Shown here: piece after piece, positions 20,071-30,395 of the stretch
How positions within the stretch are numbered: the first letter of the stretch is position 1
Layout: the number at the start of each line of letters is the position of its first letter
Assembly (NCBI GenBank): GCA_963666315.2
Contig: CAXXHG010000024.1
Location: forward strand, 1-64,000
Direction of reading: 5' to 3'
Length of the DNA stretch: 64,000 nt
From: Candidatus Binatia bacterium
Lineage (GTDB): Bacteria > Desulfobacterota > Binatia > Bin18
The notes under the pieces: model-generated
Databases searched by the model: none
Told to the model about the DNA's origin: nothing
What the model saw: only the letters and a program-made list of their open reading frames with translations
Made by a program: the position numbers and the translations under genes

Positions 20071-22499
20071 TGAGGCCTGCCTCCATGTCTCGGAATGAAA
20101 GTGGTCAGCTTGAACCCGGAACGCTCCTCGCCGGGCGCTATCAAATCGAGCGCTTTCTGGCCGGCGGCGGCATGGGCGTGGTCTATATCGCCCAAGACCA
20201 GCGCCTGACCGACCGTCGTGTGGCCATCAAGGAAATATTTGACCGTTTTACCAACCCGGAAGAGCGCGCCCAGGCCATCGAGTATTTTCATCGAGAAGCG
20301 GACACCCTGGCTCAATTAGCCCACTCGGCTATTCCCGCTATTTTTGACCGGTTCGGTGAGGGCAACTGCCACTATCTGGTGATGGACTTTATCGAGGGGA
20401 AGAACCTCGAAGAGGAAGTCGCGGCCCAGGCTGGGCAACTACCCGAAAGCCGAGTGATCGAGATCGGTCGTGAGCTGTGTGACGTCTTAACGTATTTGCA
20501 CAGCTTTTCCCCGCCGGTCATCTATCGGGATATGAAACCGGGCAATGTGATCATACGACCGGACGGCCGCATTGTGCTGATCGACTTTGGCATAGCCCGA
20601 CTTTTCTCTCCGCAGGGGAAAGCGACGCTGATCGGAACGCCGGGATTTGCACCGCCTGAGCAGTACTCGGGTAAAGTCGATGGACGCTCTGATATTTATA
20701 GTCTCGCTGCTACCCTACACTATATTCTCACCGGACGTGATCCTGAAAAACACCCGCCGTTTTCGTGTCCTCCGGTGCTTTCTGTCAAGCCCGACGCGGC
20801 CCCATTTTTGGCCCAGGCGATAGACCAGGCACTGGCATACAAAGCGGAGGAGCGACCCGCGAGCGCCGCAGTATTCAAAGAAATGTTCCTATACGGTCGG
20901 GGACAGAGGGCCCAGCCCAGTTCCGTAGGCTCTGCCCAGTCCGCGACCCAAATGCTGGAGCCGTTACCTGAGTCGATTGAGCTGCTTGAAGGGATGGAGA
21001 AGATCGAGCCGCTTGCGCCGCCGCGTACGAAGAGGCGCTGGGCGCGCATGCTGGCCGCCGTCTTCTTTGTCATGCTCGTGGCCGGAAGCGCCTATGGGTT
21101 GTACACAAGCCCGGAATTGCTGCAAGGTAACCCGCTGCACCAGCTCGGCGAAAAAATTCCCTGGCAGCAGATTGAGGTTTGGCTACCCGAATCGCGTCGG
21201 GAGGGGTTTCGTTCCTTTGTGGCCAGTTTACCCTGGGAACGCGAGAAACGCCTCCGCGCTTTACGAGCCGACCCACTAGAGCTGGTCACGCTGACCGTGA
21301 CCAACACCTCCCGGGATGGAACCCCACTGGGCGAGGCTCAAGAGAGTTATACGGTCGGTGAGGTGCAATATCTGACCTGGGAAGTGGTGGTCAACAATCG
21401 ACTGAGCGGCATAGAAGGTCGAGACTATCGCTTAGAAGGACGCTTTTTCGATCCCGAGGGTGGGCCGGCCGGCAAAAGTTCTGCCGGCCGATTTGTCCGG
21501 CCAGAAGAAGAACAGCTTGAACTGCGCGGCATCACCCTGCTCGAGGGACTCAAGGAGCGCGCCACAGGTGAGTATCAACTCGATCTGTATCTTGGCGATA
21601 AAAAATTCGCCAGCCGGACTGTTCGGATTGAAAAGGATCCGCAGCAAATGGCAAAAGCCGCAGGCTTGGAGCCGACGCTTACGGATAGAACCGTCGTCCC
21701 CGCAGCCAGTCTTCCTACCCCCTCTGCCGCGACTGTCGAGGCAGAGCACAGGCGACGTGCGGCAGAGGCGCAACGTCTCGCCTTGATTCAAGAGCGGAGT
21801 AAAAAACCGCTGTCTATCCTTGCTATCCGCTTTATCAATACGGCAAAAAATGGGAAACGCCTGTCCAAGGCGAGGACGTCTTTTGGGGCGTCTCAGCTCC
21901 GCTTTGTGGCCTGGGAGGTCGATTTTCGGAATCAGCTGCAGGGTTTGATGTCTTCGTATAATCGCGTCGAGGCCACCTATTATGCGCCGAATGGACAGCC
22001 GCTTGGCACTGTGCAGGACGGCAAGGAAGTTGCCGCAAAAACAAAAAACGTGACCTTTACCGGGCGCATAGGGAATTCGAGCGGTGGCGCCTTTGTGCCT
22101 GGCACGTACCGGGTTGATTTTTACGTGAACGGCTACCCGTTATCGTCCAAAGAATTTCAGGTTGAGGATGATCGAGATTTGACCGCGGTGCTGCATTCGC
22201 ATCGCGGCAGCATGTTGGGACTGGTCTCCGGGCGCGAGGTTCCCTTGGAAGTCCATTTCCGCCCCCAAGGCAACGGTGGGTTGCGGGGGAATCTTGTGAT
22301 TCATGAACGGGGCTATGGTGCGGCTCCCTTAGAGGGGCGCCTGCAAGGCAATCAAGTTGAATTCAAGAGTCCGATTGGGAATAATGTGTATCATTTTCGT
22401 GGCTGGCGAGAGGGCGATCGCCTGAGTGGAACGTATAGTGTTGCCCCATTCGGCATGAGTGGGCAGTGGTCGGTGCAATTGTCCGGTGGGTCGTCCTAG
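20070..22499 (+). CDS. Hanks-type Ser/Thr protein kinase with TM helix and duplicated extracytoplasmic beta domains
   Basis: GGGMGVVY, VAIKE, YRDMKPGN, DFG, GTPGFAPPE; TM MLAAVFFVMLVAGSAYGLY. Confidence 0.95.
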   Translation: MRPASMSRNESGQLEPGTLLAGRYQIERFLAGGGMGVVYIAQDQRLTDRRVAIKEIFDRFTNPEERAQAIEYFHREADTLAQLAHSAIPAIFDRFGEGNCHYLVMDFIEGKNLEEEVAAQAGQLPESRVIEIGRELCDVLTYLHSFSPPVIYRDMKPGNVIIRPDGRIVLIDFGIARLFSPQGKATLIGTPGFAPPEQYSGKVDGRSDIYSLAATLHYILTGRDPEKHPPFSCPPVLSVKPDAAPFLAQAIDQALAYKAEERPASAAVFKEMFLYGRGQRAQPSSVGSAQSATQMLEPLPESIELLEGMEKIEPLAPPRTKRRWARMLAAVFFVMLVAGSAYGLYTSPELLQGNPLHQLGEKIPWQQIEVWLPESRREGFRSFVASLPWEREKRLRALRADPLELVTLTVTNTSRDGTPLGEAQESYTVGEVQYLTWEVVVNNRLSGIEGRDYRLEGRFFDPEGGPAGKSSAGRFVRPEEEQLELRGITLLEGLKERATGEYQLDLYLGDKKFASRTVRIEKDPQQMAKAAGLEPTLTDRTVVPAASLPTPSAATVEAEHRRRAAEAQRLALIQERSKKPLSILAIRFINTAKNGKRLSKARTSFGASQLRFVAWEVDFRNQLQGLMSSYNRVEATYYAPNGQPLGTVQDGKEVAAKTKNVTFTGRIGNSSGGAFVPGTYRVDFYVNGYPLSSKEFQVEDDRDLTAVLHSHRGSMLGLVSGREVPLEVHFRPQGNGGLRGNLVIHERGYGAAPLEGRLQGNQVEFKSPIGNNVYHFRGWREGDRLSGTYSVAPFGMSGQWSVQLSGGSS

Positions 22500-22546
22500 A
22501 GTCTGGGTGCTTCGAAAACCCGAGTAGTGCGTATTGAGTGGTGTGT

Positions 22547-23401
22547 ATGGAACTGTCTCGTGAACGACTCGTACTCTTTAGTGGAGCCGGCCTGCTGGGC
22601 GGCCTGGCTGGCTGGGCAGCGGCCGATCCTTTGGCTGCCGTTGGGAATGTCTATTTTCGGGCCATTGCCCTGGGCGCGATGATAGGCGTGTGTGTCGGGG
22701 CTTTTATCGGCGGGATCGAAGGACTGAGCGCGGGCCATAAAAACCAAGCGTGGCAAGGTGTCAAGCTGGGCGGCCTGGCCGGCCTGGTTGGCGGTGGGGT
22801 GGGGCTGCTCATGGGCGAGGTTGTTTTTGGTGTGTTCGGCGGGCTGGGTGGCCGTATGGTGGGCTGGGGCATCTTCGGGCTTGCGGTTGGTTTGGGCGCG
22901 GGCTGGGTCGGGCATTCCTTAGTGCGTTTGCGCAATGGCGCCATAGGCGGCTGCCTGGGCGGCGCCATAGGCGGAGCGGTGTATCAGATCGTGACCGTAT
23001 TATTGCCACAGACGGCGGGACGCGGGATTGCCCTGGCACTCCTGGGCGCACTCATCGGCCTCGGGATTGGGCTGGTCAGCGAACTGCTTAAACGCGGCTG
23101 GTTCATGGTGATCCGATCGCAAAGCCGCAATGCGCGCGAAGGCCGGGAGTATCATTTGACCAAACCTAGAACGACCATAGGCCGTGCGGAGGAAAGTGAT
23201 GTGGGACTGTTTGGTGACCGCTCAGTCGCAAACCTGCATGCCGTGGTGGAAAAGCACAAGAGTCGTTTTGTCCTGGCTAAAGGTGAAGGCCAAGTCCGTG
23301 TGAATCGTACGCCTGTGGGTCAACCTGTTCAACTCAAGAATGGCGATCGTGTTGAGCTCGGTGGGACGTTGCTGCTATTTCGAGAACGGGCGGGGAAGTA
23401 G
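22547..23401 (+). CDS. Gly-rich multi-pass membrane protein with C-terminal FHA domain
   Basis: Several GxxxG helices, then TTIGRAEESDVGLFGD.SV..LHA...LKNGDRVELG. Confidence 0.85.
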   Translation: MELSRERLVLFSGAGLLGGLAGWAAADPLAAVGNVYFRAIALGAMIGVCVGAFIGGIEGLSAGHKNQAWQGVKLGGLAGLVGGGVGLLMGEVVFGVFGGLGGRMVGWGIFGLAVGLGAGWVGHSLVRLRNGAIGGCLGGAIGGAVYQIVTVLLPQTAGRGIALALLGALIGLGIGLVSELLKRGWFMVIRSQSRNAREGREYHLTKPRTTIGRAEESDVGLFGDRSVANLHAVVEKHKSRFVLAKGEGQVRVNRTPVGQPVQLKNGDRVELGGTLLLFRERAGK

Positions 23402-23448
23402 CACGCTGGCTGAGCCATTCTCCAGGAAGTTTGAGGGGGCGTTTGAGT

Positions 23449-24978
23449 ATGAGATTTCTGAAACCATTGGGGGTCTGCCATGCCTGCTGTCTTTTCGTCT
23501 TCCTCCTTGTGGCGCCTGGTGTCCGAGCAGCTGACTCGGTCGTGGTCTCTGTGACCAACCCACATCTTGAAAATTTTGCGAATGGCGGTGCAGTCGGGCT
23601 GTATTTCAATGCAACCGATATGCGAGGACAGCCGGTTGGACAATTGACGCCTGAAAACGTTGAGGTGCAGGAGGACGGTCAGACTGTTCAGATTATTGAT
23701 TTTCGAGGCGAGCAACAGGGGCGGCCCGTCGATATTGTGGTGGTGTTTGATGTCACTGAAAGCATGGGGCCATTCATTGATGGCATGAAAGAAGCCACGG
23801 TTGCTTTTGCTGAGCGCTTAGCCAAAGCCAACCGTGATTATCGTCTGGGGCTGGTGACGTTTGAAGACTATATCATTCGAGATGACAAGGTCTTTACCCG
23901 CAGCGCCCGCGAGTTTAAAAGCTGGGTCGGATCGTTACGGCCGTCGGGCGGGGGCGATATTCCGGAAAATTCTCTTGACGCCTTGCTGCTGGCGAGCCAT
24001 TTCCCATTTCGTCCGGAGGCCCAGGCTGTGGTTATCCTGATTACGGACGCGCCAAATCACACCCGCGGAGACGGCTCAGAGAAAGACAGCCCCTACGGGC
24101 GGGAGGTCACTCAACTCAGCGGAGCCGAAGTCTTAGTCGAGATCAAAAAGGCCAATCTCAACGTCTTCTCAATCTCTCCACCGCCTTTTATCGCGCCCGA
24201 CCTTTATAAAATAGCCAAGGAGACGTCCGGTCGGCATTATAATATCGTGAGTGAGGGCGAACGTTTTCCCGAGTTAATTGATGGGATCGGACGCTCGTTA
24301 GCCTCGCAATATTTCCTGACCTATCTCAGTCCCCGCCCAATCGAAGATGGAACGGAACGGGAAGTGGCGCTCACGGTGGATCATCCAAACGGGGCGGGCG
24401 AGGCGCGCGTAGAGTATCAGGTGCGTGGGGTCGGGGGGGCTCGGGTTGTGGCGACCAGTACTGTTCCTGGCGCTACAGCGCCGCATGTCTTCGCCGCCTA
24501 TGGCTGGTGGAATGTGGTGATCCCGCTGCTGGCTTGTGGCAGCCTGCTGTTATTGGCGCGCGTTCGGCTCAATGAAATACCAGCCGACGTGCTGAGTATG
24601 ATCAAGACTGCGACGGCTGGAGCAAGCTCCATGAGCCCCGGTTCGTCTGCGCCCGCGGTTGTACCTGAAAAGACTGCACCGTATGCCAGACTCGTCCGTC
24701 AAAGCCCGTTTGAGGAAGTGCCGCGTGAGATCGCCTTTTCTCGGGACGAGTTCATTCTCGGTCGGGGTGAAGAATGTGCAGCCATTATCCCTCACTCGTC
24801 CATATCGCGTGAACATGCCCGGGTAAAAAAGGTTAAACAGGGCTATGTGCTGCTCGATCTACACAGCAAAAACGGGATTCATGTCAACGGTAAGCAGACC
24901 TCCGAGAATCTGCTCAGGAGTGGGATGAACGTGCGCATTGGGGATGTCGAGTTCGTCTTCTACGCTGCGAACGAGTAG
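23449..24978 (+). CDS. Exported vWA domain, TM, cytoplasmic FHA domain protein
   Basis: Signal peptide, DVTES MIDAS-like motif, GGGDIPE, ITDA; TM; LGRG..SISREHA..SKNG. Confidence 0.88.
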   Translation: MRFLKPLGVCHACCLFVFLLVAPGVRAADSVVVSVTNPHLENFANGGAVGLYFNATDMRGQPVGQLTPENVEVQEDGQTVQIIDFRGEQQGRPVDIVVVFDVTESMGPFIDGMKEATVAFAERLAKANRDYRLGLVTFEDYIIRDDKVFTRSAREFKSWVGSLRPSGGGDIPENSLDALLLASHFPFRPEAQAVVILITDAPNHTRGDGSEKDSPYGREVTQLSGAEVLVEIKKANLNVFSISPPPFIAPDLYKIAKETSGRHYNIVSEGERFPELIDGIGRSLASQYFLTYLSPRPIEDGTEREVALTVDHPNGAGEARVEYQVRGVGGARVVATSTVPGATAPHVFAAYGWWNVVIPLLACGSLLLLARVRLNEIPADVLSMIKTATAGASSMSPGSSAPAVVPEKTAPYARLVRQSPFEEVPREIAFSRDEFILGRGEECAAIIPHSSISREHARVKKVKQGYVLLDLHSKNGIHVNGKQTSENLLRSGMNVRIGDVEFVFYAANE

Positions 24979-25012
24979 CTGGAATCCCTTGCGTAGCTCT
25001 CTCCTCCGCACC

Positions 25013-27061
25013 TTACCGATAGAGATTTTCGTCCTTGAGGTCTTGGTTTGGCAAACGAATGCGTGGGTAGAGCGAGGGCAAACCGTTACGCCCTAGCAGG
25101 AGAAAATCAATCGGAATAAGCGGCATGGGGACTTCGACACCTACATAGCTGCTGTACTGATCGTTGCCAAAGGCAACGCGGGTGCCCAACACGTGTTTGG
25201 GCAGGATGCCGCGTACGTCAAACCCTTCTCCGATACTGCCGGTGAGTTGAGGCAACACCCGCCAGCCGTCTTCCTCATTTTTCTCAAACTCGCTTTTGAG
25301 CGCCACGTCTGCCGGCTCCGCACCCTGTACGAGTCGGGCAATCTTTTGATCGCCGCGATATACGGCATCCTCATACCCCTTTTCCCGAAACCGGCGCCAA
25401 AACTGCTGCCAGGACGCGGTGGGGACGGCGTAGACCTTGGTCCGGGGACCGCTATCGCTTTCCAGCAAGAGCGTGACCTCACCGTGCGCTGAGACGACGA
25501 TGCCGTCGTCCGTGAGCTCGACATTACGCCAATTGCCGTCGTATAGTTCCCGCTTGAGGCCCAACCCCTGCGGACCAAACAAGTCGGGATTTTCGCGCAG
25601 AAACAGTTTGCTCAATTGCAGTCCTTGGTTCTCTGGACGGCTGACCTCGCGCAGTTGCTCAGCGGCCTCCTGGGCGGCTTCGGTTTTGGGATAGCGTTCA
25701 ATAAGGGAGCGCAGAGAGGCTTCTTTTTCGGTCTGATGCGTACTAGTCTTGGCGTGTTCGAGCAGCGCGGTTGCCGCATTTTCTTGGAGTTCCGGCACCT
25801 GTTCCAGCATACCGGCTAAGGTATAATACTGGATGGCTTTTTCGACCTTACCGTCTTTTTTATACGCCTTGGCCAAAATGGCATAGATCTCAGGTGCGCG
25901 TTTTTCCGGAGGCGTATCGTGCAGATATTTCTCCCCCTCAGTAATAATCCCTTGGCGGGAAACGGCCTGACCCATGATGACCTGCCACACTTTGCCTAAC
26001 GTTTGGACCAGGGTGAGAGCACCGAAGGTAGCCGCACCCACAAGCCCCTCGGTGCCAAGCTGGAGACCCGCGACAACAACGTTGTCTTTGACAAAGGCAC
26101 CGCCAGGCAGCAGATAGGCCAGCGTATCTTTGCTATGTTCCCACTCGGCCTGTTTGACCCCCGCAAGTGGGTCCTGAGGTTCCTGGTTATCGAGTACATC
26201 GTATTGCTGAAGCTGAACTTCAACCTGTCGGATACCGGTCCGTGCTTCTTCAGCGTTTTCATCAACAAGCAGTGCGAGCTGGTAGTGAAAGTTGGCTTTC
26301 CAGTAGTCTTCTTGTTCCAAGGCGTGCTCGGCTTGGTCTAACTCGGCCTGGACGAGCGCAGTCTTTCGTTTTTCTTCAAGCTGGGCGACCTTCGTCTCGA
26401 CTTCCGGGGTACGCGGATCCTCGGGCGCTTGGTCGAGGAAGCGCTGGTAGAGGACTAAGGCTTTGCGCTCGCGCGGGCTTGGTCCGGAGGTGCGGCCTAC
26501 CTCAGACACGACGCCTTGGGCTGCGTACGGGCTCGGGCTGGCTGGTGCGCCGAGAAAGAGACGGGCCACATCAAAGGTCGATAATACCCAGTTGAATAAT
26601 CGCGCCACCCGATAGCGTTTTTCGGCAGCATAGAGTTGATCCGCCCTGGACAGCAGCTCGTCCGGGGAGGCATCCAGTTCTACTAGAGGTAGGTCTTGAT
26701 CCCCGTCTGTCTCTATTGAGCGGTATAAGAGGGCAGACACGAGAGGCGTAACGCCAGTGGCCGACTCTCCCTGGGCTTCGAGGCTGCGATCATGCTGAGA
26801 CAGCTTCTCAATACGCTGACGCAGCGCAGTCGGGTCGTGGAGGTAGCCGTCAATGATCGCCTCGGCTACTTCTTTTCCGACTGTATCCGGGAAATATCGC
26901 TCTGGCGGTAGCGGCGGAACAAATGGGCTATACGTCGGCAGAAACGCCGTCACACGCTGGCTTAAGGGATCAGCAAAATCGCGCGCTTCAATACGTGCTC
27001 GCAGCGGAATGGTCAGGAGCAGCAAGACCCACACACAAAACATGAATCGACGCCACAGCAT
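25013..27061 (-). CDS. Exported TPR-rich protein with beta-rich C-terminus
   Basis: Signal peptide MLWRRFMFCVWVLLLLTIPLRA; TPR-like helices (ALVLYQRFLDQAPEDP, LIERYPKTEAA). Confidence 0.75.
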   Translation of the reverse strand: MLWRRFMFCVWVLLLLTIPLRARIEARDFADPLSQRVTAFLPTYSPFVPPLPPERYFPDTVGKEVAEAIIDGYLHDPTALRQRIEKLSQHDRSLEAQGESATGVTPLVSALLYRSIETDGDQDLPLVELDASPDELLSRADQLYAAEKRYRVARLFNWVLSTFDVARLFLGAPASPSPYAAQGVVSEVGRTSGPSPRERKALVLYQRFLDQAPEDPRTPEVETKVAQLEEKRKTALVQAELDQAEHALEQEDYWKANFHYQLALLVDENAEEARTGIRQVEVQLQQYDVLDNQEPQDPLAGVKQAEWEHSKDTLAYLLPGGAFVKDNVVVAGLQLGTEGLVGAATFGALTLVQTLGKVWQVIMGQAVSRQGIITEGEKYLHDTPPEKRAPEIYAILAKAYKKDGKVEKAIQYYTLAGMLEQVPELQENAATALLEHAKTSTHQTEKEASLRSLIERYPKTEAAQEAAEQLREVSRPENQGLQLSKLFLRENPDLFGPQGLGLKRELYDGNWRNVELTDDGIVVSAHGEVTLLLESDSGPRTKVYAVPTASWQQFWRRFREKGYEDAVYRGDQKIARLVQGAEPADVALKSEFEKNEEDGWRVLPQLTGSIGEGFDVRGILPKHVLGTRVAFGNDQYSSYVGVEVPMPLIPIDFLLLGRNGLPSLYPRIRLPNQDLKDENLYR

Positions 27062-27083
27062 ACTGTTGTTCGTTCCGGAATGT

Positions 27084-28412
27084 TTAGCGTCCCAATCGTC
27101 CGATTTTCGCCATATAGGCTTCCAGCGCTTCGAGTTTTCCTTTCGCTTCGAGCTTTTCAACAATACCGTCCTCTTGCGCGACTGCTGCATAATGACGCAG
27201 GGCAGCTTGGCCGAGTGCCTCAAATATTGCAGTCTCAAAGCGTAAACTCTCAGGATCATTCTGGGCAGTATACTCATGGGCTAACATAAAGTAGAAGTCG
27301 CCCAGCGCAATCTTGTAACTGTAGCGATTTTTACTCTCTTGGTGTTTATCAATTAATTGTTGATAGGCCAAGATCACGCTCTCATTGCCATCTTCAATCC
27401 GGTAGCGGTTGATTGCAAGAAAGGTGACCTTGGCGCGGTCGAGACGCTCCTCTTCTTCAAGAGCCAGTGCGGCATAGGGAGTATCCGCGTATTGCTGGGC
27501 CAGAGCACGCCACTGTCGCGCTTGCGTGTCGAGCGCTTCGACGTATTCCACCGCGTTTGTCGCCTGTGGCGTTTGTCGCCTGAGAGTTTGAAACGCGGTC
27601 AGGGATTGGATCGCCTGGATAGCTTGGGGTTTGAGCCGGCTCTTGCCCTGGCTCACCAGCCGATACTGGGCCAAGGCTTCCTTATAGGCGTGCAAGCCCT
27701 CATAGGCCCGGCCGCGAGTAAAGGCAATAATAGCAGCATAGGCACCGGGATGCTTGGTCTCAAAGTCTTGGAAGCGCCTTAATGTTGCCTTATGGACATT
27801 CGCCCCAGTCACATCTTTGGGCAGCGGAAAGCGATAGGTGTCTTTTGTAGCCACGCGTTGAAACTCGGAGACCGCTTTTAAGAGATCTTGTTCTGTCCGG
27901 TACTGAGCGTTGCCATTGCTTGACGTGTCGCTTCTGGAGACACCGGGTACCCAGGCGAGCCATCCCGAGGACTCCTTGTACTGGGGTTTGCGCAGGGGGG
28001 GCAGAGGCACAGCCTCAGCTCCTTCCTGTTCTTCCTTTTCTTGCTGCGCTGCTGGGGTAGAGGGCTGGGGCTGAGAAGAGACTGGCGGTGGTACCCGGTG
28101 TAGTTCCCCTTGGTCGTTTACCTGGGCCAAAAATTCCCAGGCTAACTCGGTCTCGGGATCGCTGAGAGCGCTTGTTGCACGTGTTTGCGGAAGAGGGGTG
28201 TCCGTTTGGGCGACAGAGAGTGCGGCGGCGTCTTGCGTCTTGACGACAGCCTGTTTTGCACTGCAGCCGGCGAAGAGGATAAGGACTGCGAGTCCGAAGC
28301 CGGAGAAGAGACTCTGGATAGTGTAACCGACTCCATTACTGCGGGAAAAAGATGCCAACATGTTACGGAGTACCGTGGTGGATGGGCAGAGGCTAACAGC
28401 GAGAGAATCCAC
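27084..28412 (-). CDS. TPR-containing lipoprotein
   Basis: Lipobox LFAGC; TPR-like GRAYEGLHAYKEALAQY; start uncertain. Confidence 0.75.
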   Translation of the reverse strand: MDSLAVSLCPSTTVLRNMLASFSRSNGVGYTIQSLFSGFGLAVLILFAGCSAKQAVVKTQDAAALSVAQTDTPLPQTRATSALSDPETELAWEFLAQVNDQGELHRVPPPVSSQPQPSTPAAQQEKEEQEGAEAVPLPPLRKPQYKESSGWLAWVPGVSRSDTSSNGNAQYRTEQDLLKAVSEFQRVATKDTYRFPLPKDVTGANVHKATLRRFQDFETKHPGAYAAIIAFTRGRAYEGLHAYKEALAQYRLVSQGKSRLKPQAIQAIQSLTAFQTLRRQTPQATNAVEYVEALDTQARQWRALAQQYADTPYAALALEEEERLDRAKVTFLAINRYRIEDGNESVILAYQQLIDKHQESKNRYSYKIALGDFYFMLAHEYTAQNDPESLRFETAIFEALGQAALRHYAAVAQEDGIVEKLEAKGKLEALEAYMAKIGRLGR

Positions 28413-28618
28413 ATTCTCTCGCAGTATACGCGTACGTCTCTCAGTTAAATGCGCCGTCTTTTACCTAGCTTAAAATGAGATGGGAGAGGAGTCAAATCAT
28501 ACCCGCCATAGTCGCCGTACTTATGGGGTGGGTAGGGTGCGGAGCGTACGTGGGTAGTGTGATTACTCCGGACTGATAATATGGAGACCGTCCGATTGAG
28601 AAAACAAGGAGGAGAATT

Positions 28619-29698
28619 ATGCAATTCAGCATTACTGCGCACACCAAAATCGACAATTGGGATGTCTTTAAATATGTCGAAGACCTCGGCTTCGATGCCG
28701 CCTGGGTCCCTGACTCCCAGATGATTTGGTCTGACTGCTATGCCACTTTGGCCATAGCTGCTCACAATACCTCGCGCATACGCCTGGGTACCGGAGTTGC
28801 CATTCCAGGCACACGGATTGCTCCAGTCACTGCGCATTCGATTGCAACAATTAACCGGCTTGCTCCGGGGCGTGTCTTTCTCGGCATAGGGACCGGCCAT
28901 ACCGCAATGCGGGTGATGGGCATGCAACCAATGAAGATCAAAGATTTCCGCGAATATCTTCGTGTCGTACGTACCCTTCTAAGAGGAGAAGAGGTTGAAT
29001 ACACGCTAAATGATAAAACGCGGACGATTCAGTTCCTCCACCAGGACCTCGGATTTTTGGACCTGGAACATCCCATTCCCATCTATGTGGCGGCAAACGG
29101 ACCGCTCGCCCTGCGGACTGCGGGTGAGTTCGGTGATGGGCTGGTTTCCCTCTTTAACGAACAGGAAGAAGTCCTGCAGGCCAATATGGATCGAGTCAAG
29201 GCCGGCGCTGAGCGAGCCGGACGGACGCTGCCCGGTAATTTCCATACCACCGCGCTGACAACAGCCGTTGTGCTCAAACCGGGGGAATCCCTAACCTCTG
29301 ATCGCGTCATTGAGGCGTGTGGTTCATGGGTGACCTGTGCTCTGCATTTTGTATACGAGATATACGAGCAAACGGGTCGGGAAGACGGCGTTCCCGAAGC
29401 GTTTCAAGAGGTGTGGGAAGAATATCGGGATCAGGTTGCAAGTATGCAGACGCCTAAGGAAAAGCGATACCTTCAGATTCACGATGGGCACTGCACCTAC
29501 CATGTGCCCGAGGAGCGGCGCTTCATCACCCCCAAGACGATCAAGGGATCGTGCATGGTCGGCGAACCGGACGAGCTGATCGCGGCGGTTCGTCAAGCTG
29601 AGCAAGCGGGTCTTGAGGAAATCTCACTCCTGCCGCCGCTTAAAACAAGCCGGGAGGTGTACAAAGATTTCGCCCAGCAGGTCATTCGGAAATACTAA
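28619..29698 (+). CDS. LLM-class flavin/F420-dependent oxidoreductase (Mer-like)
   Basis: GFDAAWVPDSQ, TSRIRLGTGVA, APGRVFLGIGTG, IPIYVAANGP. Confidence 0.92.
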   Translation: MQFSITAHTKIDNWDVFKYVEDLGFDAAWVPDSQMIWSDCYATLAIAAHNTSRIRLGTGVAIPGTRIAPVTAHSIATINRLAPGRVFLGIGTGHTAMRVMGMQPMKIKDFREYLRVVRTLLRGEEVEYTLNDKTRTIQFLHQDLGFLDLEHPIPIYVAANGPLALRTAGEFGDGLVSLFNEQEEVLQANMDRVKAGAERAGRTLPGNFHTTALTTAVVLKPGESLTSDRVIEACGSWVTCALHFVYEIYEQTGREDGVPEAFQEVWEEYRDQVASMQTPKEKRYLQIHDGHCTYHVPEERRFITPKTIKGSCMVGEPDELIAAVRQAEQAGLEEISLLPPLKTSREVYKDFAQQVIRKY

Positions 29699-29719
29699 CG
29701 GAGAAGGTCGGGCACGTCC

Positions 29720-30391
29720 TCAGCCGGTCTTCTCGCTGTCCGCAGTCGTTGGGGGAAGATGGAGCGGGAGCGGCTGTTGTCCTCTTTCAGACAGCGGAGC
29801 TAGGTCGTTTCCATTGAATATCAAGCGGAATCCCTCTGGCTTGTCTACACTGACCACAAAATCTGTTTTCGCTACCCACATGACCTGGTCTCCAGGTTTT
29901 AAGAAGGCTTCTTTTATTTTAGTCTGATCAATTATAACGGACAGCCAGACTTCCTGTGTGGCCCGTATGTTAAGTGTATGCGGACCTTGAACCCGAGTCA
30001 GAGGAGGCGGCAGGCGTGGGTCGGAGACAGGGCCTGGTGTATCGGCAGGGATACGGACAGGCGGAGCCGCCTGCGCCGTTTGGCGGTCTTCGACATACGC
30101 CGATGCGAGGAGACCGGGCGCGGGCATGTGTGTGGAGGGAACGGAAGGCTCAGCGGGTCGTGGGGTCCGAGATATCGTGGATACGGACTGCTGTCTTTCC
30201 GGCTGAACTGGCCGCTGTGGTGATAGTTGTCGCCTCAGGAAAGGAAGGACCAACAACAGTCCGAGCGTGAAAATCGCAAACAGCATCCAGCGCGGGACGA
30301 TGCGTGACGAGGCCGGTCTCTCTTGTTGTGATGAATCATGGGTGTGGACAACGGTGACTGGGGTGCGCGTGGGGTTTGAGATGGTGCCCAC
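29720..30391 (-). CDS. Membrane protein with DUF4115 (RodZ C-terminal-like) domain
   Basis: TM, Pro-rich linker, LNIRATQEVWLSVIID..EAFLKPGD..VSVDKPEGFRLIFNG. Confidence 0.7.
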   Translation of the reverse strand: MGTISNPTRTPVTVVHTHDSSQQERPASSRIVPRWMLFAIFTLGLLLVLPFLRRQLSPQRPVQPERQQSVSTISRTPRPAEPSVPSTHMPAPGLLASAYVEDRQTAQAAPPVRIPADTPGPVSDPRLPPPLTRVQGPHTLNIRATQEVWLSVIIDQTKIKEAFLKPGDQVMWVAKTDFVVSVDKPEGFRLIFNGNDLAPLSERGQQPLPLHLPPTTADSEKTG

Positions 30392-30395
30392 GGAG

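Noticed and set aside
27062-27277. N-terminal extension of ORF 25013..27277
   Set aside because: Overlaps the upstream gene; the signal peptide begins at ATG 27061
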